Below, piece by piece: positions 1 to 8,928 of a stretch of 64,000 bases of DNA. Each line of letters opens with the position of its first letter. Positions within the stretch are counted from its first letter, which is position 1. The translations under genes were made by a program, and so were the position numbers. Source of the DNA: an uncultured delta proteobacterium (GTDB lineage Bacteria > Desulfobacterota > Binatia > UBA9968); the NCBI GenBank assembly GCA_963745035.1, contig CAVUVW010000017.1, positions 32,001 through 96,000 of the forward strand, written 5' to 3'. The notes below the pieces were generated by a model. It was not told the DNA's origin and did not search any database. It saw only the letters and a list, made by a program, of their open reading frames with translations.

Positions 1-2
1 GG

Positions 3-407
3 CCCGAGCCGTTTGGTCTCGTTATGATCGAAGCACTTGCCTGCGGTACACCCGTAATCGCGAGACCATTCGGTTCGGTGCCGGAGGTACTGCGCCATGG
101 CATTACGGGCTTCCTGGGAGCATCTCTCGAAGAGCTTGTCAGCTCAGTCAATAAGATCGGCGACATTTCTCGGCAAAGATGTCGGGAGGAATTCGAGACC
201 CGCTTCACAAGCGAGGTGATGGCGGCTAACTACGAGCATGTTTATTACCACCTGGCTACGATGAATTGGAGAACGCAACGGCGAACGGCCCGATCCAAAT
301 CTCCGGTTAACGGTGCGGCGCTTGGCTGCACACCAATGGCATTCAACTATCAAAGATGGGTTGAACGGCCAAAAGGACCGTGGGTGCTCCGGTCGAGACC
401 TCGATAG
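3..407 (+). CDS. Glycosyltransferase family 4 (GT-B), C-terminal part; begins before window
   Basis: Frame open from base 3: PEPFGLVMIEALACGTPVIA, the E-x7-E motif of GT4. Confidence 0.9.
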   Translation, partial: PEPFGLVMIEALACGTPVIARPFGSVPEVLRHGITGFLGASLEELVSSVNKIGDISRQRCREEFETRFTSEVMAANYEHVYYHLATMNWRTQRRTARSKSPVNGAALGCTPMAFNYQRWVERPKGPWVLRSRPR

Positions 408-428
408 TTAGGCTAAAGGAGGAATTGT

Positions 429-608
429 ATGAGCGAACTAAATAGTGATTTGAATCAGAACAATTTGAAACTACAAATCGCAGATCAAGCGAACAGTCCT
501 GTCTCTGATCCAAAAGAAAAGCTAAGCCTCGAAACATTCAAGAACGACTCAGACTGGAATGTGACTCCGGCTGAACTCTACGGGTGCCTTTGTCATACTA
601 GAGCATGA
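429..608 (+). CDS. Small hypothetical protein, 59 aa (below ORF-track cutoff)
   Basis: AAGGAGGA SD just upstream of ATG 429; MSELNSDLNQ...ELYGCLCHTRA, TGA 606-608. Confidence 0.55.
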   Translation: MSELNSDLNQNNLKLQIADQANSPVSDPKEKLSLETFKNDSDWNVTPAELYGCLCHTRA

Positions 609-683
609 AGATAATTGCCCGTGTCGACATTTTGATCGAAATCCAGGAAATCGGAACAGAAATATTACAGGAGGTAACTAAAT

Positions 684-1142
684 ATGGCTGAGTGGCATCC
701 CTTCGAAGATTTGGCAAGTCTTCGACAAGAAATTGATCGGGCTTTTGAAGGTTTCGGCGTCGCACAAGACCCCTTGCGTCACGTTGCCTTCCTTCCAGGA
801 AGGGGGCCGAGACGATATCCGCTAATCAATTTGCTCGAGGACAAGGACAATATCTACATCGAGGCGCTGACACCGGGAGTAAATCCGAAGTCGCTGGATA
901 TTAGCGTTACACATAACCGGCTCACTTTGGCCGGGGAGAAAACCCGCATTGCCGAGGATGTGAAACCGGAAGCTTTTCACAGAAGCGAGAGAGCGAGCGG
1001 AAAATTCGTCAGGATCGTCGATCTGCCCCTGGAGGTCGAGGGGGGAGAAATAGAAGCAGAATACAAGAATGGTCTACTATTCGTAACGATACCAAAGGCG
1101 GAAAAAGCTAAACCAAGACAAATCAATGTAAAAATCGCCTAA
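684..1142 (+). CDS. Hsp20/alpha-crystallin small heat-shock protein
   Basis: ERASGKFVR and AEYKNGLLFVTIPK motifs; AGGAGG SD. Confidence 0.95.
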   Translation: MAEWHPFEDLASLRQEIDRAFEGFGVAQDPLRHVAFLPGRGPRRYPLINLLEDKDNIYIEALTPGVNPKSLDISVTHNRLTLAGEKTRIAEDVKPEAFHRSERASGKFVRIVDLPLEVEGGEIEAEYKNGLLFVTIPKAEKAKPRQINVKIA

Positions 1143-1173
1143 AACAATCTGCGCAAGAAGGAGGACAGGAGCG

Positions 1174-1572
1174 ATGGCAGAAAGAACTATAGCGACTCGC
1201 TCGCAAAAATCGATCAACCCGGGCAGAGAAGAGACGCGTAGCCAAGAGCAATACATAACGCCGCCGGTTGATATCTATGAGACCCAGAACGGACTGGTGG
1301 TGAAAGCGGATCTGCCGGGAGTTTCCAAGAACAGCATGGATGTACGCGTGGAAAACAACCTGTTGACTATACGCGCAAATGCGGCTCACATCGCACCCGG
1401 TGATACAGTCTATCGCGAATACGCGCTGGTCAATTTCTTCCGACAGTTCGAATTGAACGAAAGAGTGGATCAGTCAAAAATCTCGGCTGAGCTCAATCAC
1501 GGCGTGTTGACTCTAAATCTACCCAAAGCGGAAGAGACGAAACCAAGAAAGATTGATGTGAAAGTAGCTTAG
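1174..1572 (+). CDS. Hsp20/alpha-crystallin small heat-shock protein
   Basis: PPVDIYE, ADLPGV, AELNHGVLTLNLPK motifs. Confidence 0.95.
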   Translation: MAERTIATRSQKSINPGREETRSQEQYITPPVDIYETQNGLVVKADLPGVSKNSMDVRVENNLLTIRANAAHIAPGDTVYREYALVNFFRQFELNERVDQSKISAELNHGVLTLNLPKAEETKPRKIDVKVA

Positions 1573-1766
1573 TCATTCGATGATCTCAGATAATCTCAAT
1601 GGTCCGAGTATGGCGCAGAGAATGGGATTGCGAACTTTGTCATGCCCAGCCGGGACTGGGGGAGTGGATTTGCAAAACGCCGCACCCCAGTCTGCGGCCG
1701 GTACTAACGATGGCAATTTCAGGACGCACGGATCGATGACTAGGAAGTCATTTGCGGACGTAGAGT

Positions 1767-2042
1767 TCAGATTAAATTAAACGCTTTTGCCATGCCTTCG
1801 CGAACACTAAACGTTTCGTTCGGGCCTTCTATCGGCGAATACTTAGCGCCTTCAACCGCAACGTTTTCTGGGATTTCTGCCCAAAACAGCAAATATCCAA
1901 CCCAATATTCTCTATAGGCATCCGGCGGGTTCGCTAGCCAGATTACGGGGTGCACATCTTTTAGAATGACGTTGGAAACAGTTTTAACCAGCGCGTCCGG
2001 TTTTGATCGACTTTCAAACGTTACGAAATAATAATTGCTCAT
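1767..2042 (-). CDS. Hypothetical protein
   Basis: 91-aa ATG ORF with protein-like composition; no recognised motif. Confidence 0.55.
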   Translation of the reverse strand: MSNYYFVTFESRSKPDALVKTVSNVILKDVHPVIWLANPPDAYREYWVGYLLFWAEIPENVAVEGAKYSPIEGPNETFSVREGMAKAFNLI

Positions 2043-2392
2043 GAATCGCCCCTGCCCAATAACGCAGTTTCAACTCGCGCCAGTCAGTTTTCAACTATCG
2101 GATTCAATCACCATCACAGGCCAATAGGTGTCTACCTCGTAGACATGCCAAATTTGAGTCTGTTCGTGAAATTTGGCTTTCAATTCGTCGTCCGCGTGAA
2201 AAACCCCTCCGCCATCCAAAGTTTACCGAAAGGAGCGAGACGTACTCCTACCCCGCCGGTACCTCCTGAATCTGGCACTCTCAGCTTACTCGAATTAATC
2301 CGATCACAATTTACTATCTCGCAACTCAGTTCTACGATGAGTTCTTTTTGGGCAGCTCAGCGCTTTAGTGTGATCTGCCGGAACGTCACGGA

Positions 2393-2993
2393 TTACCTAC
2401 GCCTCTTCTCTCCGGAAACAACCAGACGTTTTCGACGTGACGCGCCCTGGCGTGCAGCGCGTCTACCCGGTGATCGCGTCGGCTGTCTGGATCTGACTTT
2501 TGGACTTCGCTCGATTTTTGTAGGCTTCAACGCGCGCACAGGGGCTTCTTCGGCCGGTGCCTCGGTGCTCAAGTCATCCATCATCTCCTGTAAGATCTTC
2601 ATGAGAAGCCGCCGCTGCGCTTTTTCGCTGGCGCTCCAAGTGTCCTTTCCAGCGCGTTTGTGTGCGAGTTTATACTTGAGTCCGGTGAGGGCCGTACTAT
2701 AGGTATTCTCGTCGAGCTTCCGGACGTTTTGATGCGCAAGAATGTACCAGTGGTATTCGGTCCCGACGGGAACACCGAACCCCGGCGGTGCGTGACCCGC
2801 ACGCCGTTTCGGGACGGCGTAACTGAATTCCCACCGGTCCGGCGCAACCTTTTTTCTCCTTCCACTCACCCTTCTAGTAATACCACTTGTGTCGACCTCC
2901 GACTCTCATGCCCGTGTATTTTTTCCCCTCGAAAACTTTGAAGGCATTGTACGTCTTCGCCGCATCTTCTTCTAAGATTTGTTTCTTGTTCAT
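2393..2993 (-). pseudogene. Conserved hypothetical protein interrupted by TAG (2874-2876) and an extra base in an A6 run (~2850-2855)
   Basis: MNKKQ...GRHKWYY*KGEWKEK joins KVAPDRWEFSYAV...HWYILAHQ in another frame; SD upstream of ATG 2993. Confidence 0.65.
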
Positions 2994-3063
2994 GGTGCAA
3001 CTCCCTTTGACTCCTGCTTCTGAGCGAGACTGGAATGACTGTTCCAGGCCGATACAGCGCGAG

Positions 3064-3387
3064 TCACGCCGCCCGATTGTGCATCCGATCTGCCTTCGTG
3101 GTTTCGCACAACTCACGTCGCACGTACTGCGGATCGAGCCCGAGCCGGACGCATACGGTATCGAATGAGAATACCCAGCTCTCACCCTCCTGCATGATCC
3201 ACTCTTCCGCTTCACGAAATCGTCTCTTGCCATATGCATCGCGTGCCCGATTGAATTTTCGGTACTCCATAATCGCGTCCTCCAGCACCGCAGCAAGGAG
3301 CGATTTCTCAGGTTCGAGGTGCTCGCTACGGCGAAACGTGTCCAAATACCCTTCGACCAGTGATACATCGCCGCTTATGTTGGTCAT
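3064..3387 (-). CDS. Conserved hypothetical protein (EPEKSLLAAVLEDA...FSFDTVCVRLGLDPQYVR type)
   Basis: AAGGAGGA SD before ATG 3387; recognisable recurrent hypothetical family pattern. Confidence 0.75.
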   Translation of the reverse strand: MTNISGDVSLVEGYLDTFRRSEHLEPEKSLLAAVLEDAIMEYRKFNRARDAYGKRRFREAEEWIMQEGESWVFSFDTVCVRLGLDPQYVRRELCETTKADRMHNRAA

Positions 3388-3437
3388 TGTACTGTCCTCC
3401 TTCCTACGTTTTTGGCATAGCTTCCTTTTAAAAATCC

Positions 3438-3452
3438 GCAAATCTGGTGCCA
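3438..3452 (-). promoter_or_regulatory. Sigma54 (-24/-12) promoter for the 3064-3387 gene
   Basis: Minus strand reads TGGCAC-CAGAT-TTGC, exact TGGCAC-N5-TTGC, about 50 nt upstream of the ATG. Confidence 0.65.
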
Positions 3453-3593
3453 GACATCGGGGTATTCATATTTTAGTTTCTTATCGGCTAAGCACGGAAT
3501 TTTTCTTTGGTTAGCCTTAGGAAAAGATATGCCATCCTGTGAACGACGTGAGCAAAGGGTCGTGGAAAATCTCCCCTAGCCTTGGTGTTCACT

Positions 3594-4415
3594 TCAAACC
3601 GGTTTGATTGGCATGATTGGCCAAGCAAGGACTTCCTGGTATCGAGCAAAATGGCAAAGCGGTTTGGTATCAGTCAATTTCAGTCCCAAAGCTGCGCTCA
3701 TCGTATTTCTACGCAGGTCGACTTCCGCGCGCTGAAGTGGCCATGGGAGATGGTGAATTTCGCCGGAAACGATTTGATCTGCTTTCAGTCCTCCGTAGAG
3801 AGCATATCTTTCAGTCAGCCAGTGATCGAGCGTCCCCAGTGCTGAAAAATACTCCGGTGAAGTGGGGCTATACTTCGCATAAAACTCTGCGGACGGAGCA
3901 TTTTTATGAGTGCGGACGCTTTCGTAGTCGACCACATCCGCCTGAATTTTTTGAATGGTCATCCGGGCGTCGTAATACGGTAAACCGAACCAACGAGCCA
4001 CCCTGACAGAAAGCCAACTTGCTGCATCGAGACTAAAGAACCAAACACCGGGCTTATCCCTAAATTTTACATATGTGCGTACGTTCAGTTCGGGAAACGC
4101 CAAAGATATCGGAATGTAACGTGGTCGCACGCCGCTCATGTAAAACGGGACCACGCCAATCCAAGCCGAGCCGTCAAAGATATCAATTTCCAATGCGTCG
4201 GGAATGAGAGATCGTACCAAATCAACTGGAACGGGCCAGTGTGCGAAGAGCAGATCGTGCCAGCGCATGGAAAGTACCCACGGGCTTTTTGGAAGAGGCC
4301 AAGGGCGATGCTTTGTTTGGGCAGTTATCCCTGAAGTAGTTGTCGAACATCCGATCGCGACCGCGTTCAGCATGGCGGACGAGCCGAGTGTCAAAAATCG
4401 ACGTCTGGTCACCAT
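3594..4415 (-). CDS. YqjF/DUF2071 family protein
   Basis: WHDLLFAHW, FPELNVRTYV, GVWFFSLDA, WLTERY, IHHLPWPLQ motifs. Confidence 0.9.
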   Translation of the reverse strand: MVTRRRFLTLGSSAMLNAVAIGCSTTTSGITAQTKHRPWPLPKSPWVLSMRWHDLLFAHWPVPVDLVRSLIPDALEIDIFDGSAWIGVVPFYMSGVRPRYIPISLAFPELNVRTYVKFRDKPGVWFFSLDAASWLSVRVARWFGLPYYDARMTIQKIQADVVDYESVRTHKNAPSAEFYAKYSPTSPEYFSALGTLDHWLTERYALYGGLKADQIVSGEIHHLPWPLQRAEVDLRRNTMSAALGLKLTDTKPLCHFARYQEVLAWPIMPIKPV

Positions 4416-5102
4416 TACTGCTGCTTAATTCGCAGTCCGGTCAGCACGCTCTACTAACAGGATAACATAGGCTTTATACTCCGCCGATTGTGCAGAAAGG
4501 ACCTGCCCTTCGGTGTGCCCTGCTATTCTAAAATGACCTCCGGAGACAGCGCCGGTCCAGAGTTCCAGATGCGAACCGCTATTTCTTCTTCGATTTCTTG
4601 CGCGGCACCTTTCCGCCCACAGCGTGAGCATCAGTCTCCGACAGCAAACTCAATTTTATTCACGATCGGCCAAACCGCACGCCGTCCCGCCGAACTGGGA
4701 AGTGGCGAACGCGACAATTTTCCGCAACGCGGGCTTACCATCCCGGCTGCATAACGGCGACCCTAGTTCGTAATCCATTTTTCGTAATCCATTTCATGAC
4801 GATCATGAAATACTTGGCGGACCGATGCATGATCACTAAAGCGGGGCATTTTGGGGGCATTAAAGTTAACTGAACAAGAAGGATCAAGTAAATTGCGGGA
4901 TATTCGTCCCCCACGCCTCCCCTGCCCGTCCCGGCGACGGCCGCGACATTCTCGGCGAGGCCTTCGATCGAGCCGAGATTTGTTTCTACATTGTTTCCAC
5001 GGCAACTGAACCTAACCATAAAAATAGCGCGCGCCCAGTTCAATTCTTCTGCTTTTTCACATCTTTTCCTGGCTCAGGCGGTATGGGAACGGATTGCTGT
5101 TT

Positions 5103-5148
5103 TTCGTAATCAGTAGGTCGCCGGTTCGACTCCGGCGCGGCGGTTTCA
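5103..5148 (+). other. Degenerate 3' half of tRNA-Thr(CGT); att-like scar
   Basis: Anticodon loop TTCGTAA, TCAGT-AGGTC, T-arm GCCGG-TTCGACT-CCGGC; no pairing 5' acceptor strand. Confidence 0.65.
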
Positions 5149-5429
5149 CATCTTCGATGACTCCGAATCATATCCATGATTCCCATCGGAACGATGGGAA
5201 GAGGTTTACACGAGGCAATTCTGTTCCCCTCCATCTGGCAGCAAGCACGGTGAATCGGCACCTGTCGCTTCCAGTTTTAACACGCCGATATGCACAGTTT
5301 GCACTGTCCGGTTTTTGACAGGTCGTTCGTTGAAAATAGTGAAAGATTGGTGAAAACTGGATATACGGGATTGCTGGAAAATTGCAGAGTTAGACCGTTC
5401 GTGAATGATGCTTAAAGAGTAACGCAGAA

Positions 5430-5473
5430 CTCTCACGTCGGGAACACGGGTTCGATTCCCGTTGGGACCACCA
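5430..5473 (+). other. 3' half of tRNA-Glu(CTC); probable attR of the island
   Basis: CTCTCAC loop, GTCGG, GAAC, ACGGG-TTCGATT-CCCGT, TGGGACC-A-CCA; 5' half absent; coincides with GC shift. Confidence 0.85.
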
Positions 5474-5686
5474 TAATTCCCGACAACTGCAAATTTCCGC
5501 TAGTGAGGATTTCCGATTTCGGTTTCCGCCGATTGACGCCATTACAGAACGTTCTTTCTTGCCAACGCTGTCACGGGCGAAGGCTTTAGCTTCCTTCCAA
5601 GCCAGCAATTTTCACCCAAAGTATGCTAGTAATAGCCCGTTGGGCCGTCGTCACCCACGATTATGTTTTCTAGTTGGAGGGCAGCG

Positions 5687-6502
5687 ATGAATTTCTACGG
5701 CACCGGACAACCGCTAACGCGCAAGGGCTTGGCCAACGCGCTCGCGATCCTTGGACTCAGCCCCAACGACGCCGCTTATATCTGGACGGTAGTGGAGGTG
5801 GAAACCGCCGGGTTAACTCAGGGATTCGGCTTTCGTCTCGACCGCCGGCCGCAAATTCTTTTCGAGCGGCACATGTTCAGAAAGTACACCAACGGCAGAT
5901 TCGACGACGAAGCGCCGGACATCTCGGGCCCGGCCGGCGGCTACGGCCTTCTTTCGGAACAGTATTCGAGAATGGAAAAGGCCCTGTCGCTTTGCGCCAA
6001 GGCGAAGCTCGGCGCCGAGCCGGCGCTCAAATCCGCGTCCTGGGGCATGGGCCAAGTTATGGGATTTAACTGCACCGTCGGCGGCTACAAATCCTGCGTG
6101 AGGATGGTCCGGGCGATGGTGCGGAGCGAAGATCACCAGCTTGCCTGCATGGCCGGCTTTCTCAAAGCCAACGGCTTGGCGGAGAAATTGGTCAAAAGAG
6201 AATGGAGCGGCTTTGCCAGAATGTATAACGGACCGAATTATTGGCAAAACCGTTACGACGTGAAGCTCGCCGAGCAATTTGAACGCTTCGCGAGCGGTTC
6301 CGTTCCCAATCTGGAAACGCGCACGGCGCAAGTAGCCTTGCTCTTTCTGGGTTACGGGCCGGGACGCATCGACGGCATCATCGGCCCGCGCACACGCGCC
6401 GCCATCAAGAGCTTTCGCGTTGCGGCGGGACTGCCGGCGAGCGAGGAGCTAGACGGGCCGGCCTACCAAGTGTTGTGCAAGAAAGCTCGGATTCGCCCCT
6501 GA
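5687..6502 (+). CDS. N-acetylmuramidase (DUF3380) with C-terminal peptidoglycan-binding domain
   Basis: VET, ILFERH, SASWGMGQVMGFN, FARMYNG; C-terminal DGIIGPRTRAAIKSF. Confidence 0.9.
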   Translation: MNFYGTGQPLTRKGLANALAILGLSPNDAAYIWTVVEVETAGLTQGFGFRLDRRPQILFERHMFRKYTNGRFDDEAPDISGPAGGYGLLSEQYSRMEKALSLCAKAKLGAEPALKSASWGMGQVMGFNCTVGGYKSCVRMVRAMVRSEDHQLACMAGFLKANGLAEKLVKREWSGFARMYNGPNYWQNRYDVKLAEQFERFASGSVPNLETRTAQVALLFLGYGPGRIDGIIGPRTRAAIKSFRVAAGLPASEELDGPAYQVLCKKARIRP

Positions 6503-6615
6503 CAACGCCTGCTGGACGAGGGATTTCCTCAAATCGCGCGTTTCCGCTGTTCCACGATGTTGCTTGCCACAACACCTTCCACGCTTTTCGTCTTTCGCGC
6601 CGAGCTCGCCGCGCG

Positions 6616-7180
6616 TTAGACCTTGCCTTGCGACCGCAGCAAATCGATGCGCTGGCGAACAATGTCACCGAGATCGGTCGTCGGCAGTCCGTCCGGCACT
6701 TGAATCGATTGGGCGCCGAGCTGGGTGATTTTCTCGTTCAGGCTATGCAAGCTGCCGCGGATCCGTTCGTAGTCCTGCAAATATTGGCGGCAGGCGAGAA
6801 TATTGTCGTCGATCTCTTCCAGACATTTCGACAATCTCCGGCTCTCCTGGCTGAAAGTTTGCCGTAGGTGCTCGACGTTGGCCTGAATGATTTGCTCTTC
6901 CACCGGCCGTATTTGCTTGGCGATCTCATTCTTCATGTCGTGCAAGCGCCTGCAGCAAGCGCTCGTAAGACTGTTCCTCGCTCATAAGTTCCTCCGGCAG
7001 TTGGATCCTGGGTTCGCGCATGGAAATGTAGTGTTGCGCGAGAGATTGCGAAACTCGCTTCTTGACCAGCGCAAGGGCTGCCTCAGTCTCGCGAATCTTT
7101 GCGTCCACTACCGATTCGTCTGAAATCAATTGGACCAGCCTCTCAATCGGGCCGGTTGCAAGAGCCATGGTCTGCTCCAC
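6616..7180 (-). CDS. Hypothetical coiled-coil protein, frameshifted near 6945
   Basis: RLLQAL continues into HDMKNEIAKQ in the adjacent frame; heptad-rich. Confidence 0.6.
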
Positions 7181-7348
7181 TCTAAGCCGGGTTGGGGATT
7201 ACCCGGCAAGATCAGCCTTACTCATTATCCAGTCCGCCGCGAAACTGCAAGAACTGGCAAGGAAGCGAGTTTAAAACGAAACCGTGCGAAAGAAAGAAAC
7301 TATTGGTAGATTCGCGATAATCGACGGCCGGAGATCGGGCGGCGCGGG

Positions 7349-7696
7349 TTAGTTCTTGTCGGGCCCTTTGTCCTGCTTCAACTCGCGCTTCCAACTCAAA
7401 GTGCGCGCCTTGGCGGCGATCTGTTCCGCTTCGGCGATCATGCCTTTTTGCTGATAAAAGATCGAAAGACTGGTGTGCGCCAGCTCGTCATTCGGAGCGA
7501 CTTCGACCAGCCGTTTGCCGATGTCGATGGCCTGATCGAGCTTTTCCTGATGCGCGTACGTCATGGCCAGGGCGTGCAGTGCGTCGGCATAGTCGGGGTC
7601 CTCGTCGAGCGCGCGCAGATAGTCGACGACGGCGTCGTCAAGCCTGTCCTCGGCGAAATGCTCCATCCCGCGGTTGTAATGATCTTCCTTGTTCAT
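7349..7696 (-). CDS. TPR-repeat protein
   Basis: YLRALDEDPDYADALHALA TPR pattern; 7 nt from upstream gene. Confidence 0.85.
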   Translation of the reverse strand: MNKEDHYNRGMEHFAEDRLDDAVVDYLRALDEDPDYADALHALAMTYAHQEKLDQAIDIGKRLVEVAPNDELAHTSLSIFYQQKGMIAEAEQIAAKARTLSWKRELKQDKGPDKN

Positions 7697-7703
7697 GACA
7701 CGC

Positions 7704-8834
7704 CTAGTCGGGCTTGCGGCGGGGTGTGGACGGCGCGGACCTCTCGGCGGCTTGCTCGGGCCGGCATTGCTGCAGGAGAATTTTTTTGAGCAGCGCCGGA
7801 TTGACCGGCTTCTTGAAGATCACGCCCTGCAAACCCTCCAAGCAGCTGCGCTTGATGATATGGTCTTTGTCGTAGTTGAACGCCGTCATCAACACCACTG
7901 GCAGCTTCGGCGTGCTTTCCTTGACTGTTTGGTAGAGCTCGTACCCGTCCATGTCGGGCATCACCACATCGCTCAATACCAGATCGAACGGTTGACGCTC
8001 CAGCCACTCCACGGCGCGGGCGCCGGAGGGAGCGGTTTCGATGCAACAGCGCTCTCCTTCGAGCAAGTCCTTCAGCGACTCGCAAATGCGCGCGTCGTCG
8101 TCGACGACGAGTACCCTCAAGCCGCTCAACGGATAGCGCGCGTCGGCTTTCGGCCTTTCGCAAGGCTTAGCCTCGTCGACGTGCAGATCCGCCATCATCT
8201 TGCCGTTTAAGTATTCCTTGGTGCCATACTCGCCTTCATCGGCCATCTGGCTGATGCGCCCGGTGATGTCCTGAATTTTCTCCACTTGCGAGGACAAGGA
8301 ATCGAGCCGCTCCGACTCGACCAGATAATCTTCATCGCTCGCCGCGCGCCCGACGTACCGGCGCAGCATTTCGATCTGATTGACCACGACTTCGAGCGAA
8401 TTATTGATCTCGTGCGACACGCCGATGGCGACTTCGGCGAGGGTCACCAACTGGTCGCGCCGCCGAATCTCGCGGATGTCCTTGGCGAAGCCGATGGAGC
8501 CGATCTCGTTCCTTTGGTCGTCGTAGGTAATCGAAGCCGAGATGGCCACGGGAATCTTCTCGCCTCTTTTGGTCTTGAAGACCGTCTCGAAATTACGCAC
8601 GTGGCCCTTGCCGTCGGCGTTGTTTGCCCGCATCGCCGCCATGACCCGGCGCGCTTCGTCGAGGCTCGGATAGATCTCCAGGACGTTTTTTCCCAGAACT
8701 TCTTCGTAGCTGAAGCCTAAATTCTGACGCGCGCCGTCGTTGTAGAACGTGATCATCCCGTGCTTATCGACCGAGATGATTATGTCGGGGCAACTCTCGA
8801 CGAGCTTTTGAAAATATTGTGCCGGCAGGGCCAT
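7704..8834 (-). CDS. PAS + HisKA-like + receiver-domain signalling protein (no HATPase domain)
   Basis: N-terminal PAS/PAC, H-box GVSHEINNSL, receiver LVVDDD...SDVVMP...MTA...KP. Confidence 0.85.
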   Translation of the reverse strand: MALPAQYFQKLVESCPDIIISVDKHGMITFYNDGARQNLGFSYEEVLGKNVLEIYPSLDEARRVMAAMRANNADGKGHVRNFETVFKTKRGEKIPVAISASITYDDQRNEIGSIGFAKDIREIRRRDQLVTLAEVAIGVSHEINNSLEVVVNQIEMLRRYVGRAASDEDYLVESERLDSLSSQVEKIQDITGRISQMADEGEYGTKEYLNGKMMADLHVDEAKPCERPKADARYPLSGLRVLVVDDDARICESLKDLLEGERCCIETAPSGARAVEWLERQPFDLVLSDVVMPDMDGYELYQTVKESTPKLPVVLMTAFNYDKDHIIKRSCLEGLQGVIFKKPVNPALLKKILLQQCRPEQAAERSAPSTPRRKPD

Positions 8835-8928
8835 AAGAGCGTGGCGATAACTTGCATGATAGGTCGAACGACGATATCAATGCAAGTGCCCTTGGAAAGC
8901 CTCGAGTTTTCCCGCCCTTCGCGCATTC

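Larger units (their letters stand above)
1..5473. mobile_element. Right-hand part of a tRNA-integrated genomic island (integrase not in window)
   Basis: Lower GC by eye, accessory genes, ends at tRNA-Glu 3' fragment. Confidence 0.6.

Noticed and set aside
609-683. ROSE thermometer or CIRCE element upstream of hsp20
   Set aside because: No TTAGCACTC-N9-GAGTGCTAA and no anti-SD U(U/C)GCU hairpin seen.
2874-2876. In-frame TAG as pyrrolysine or readthrough codon
   Set aside because: A frameshift follows about 20 nt later and no pyl genes are in view; decay or sequencing error is more likely.
4425-5436. Short ORFs in the island end as real genes or integrase remnants
   Set aside because: No recognisable motifs; they overlap att scars and repeats.
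8842-8855. Sigma54 promoter for the transporter pair
   Set aside because: GG to GC spacing is 9 nt, not 10.
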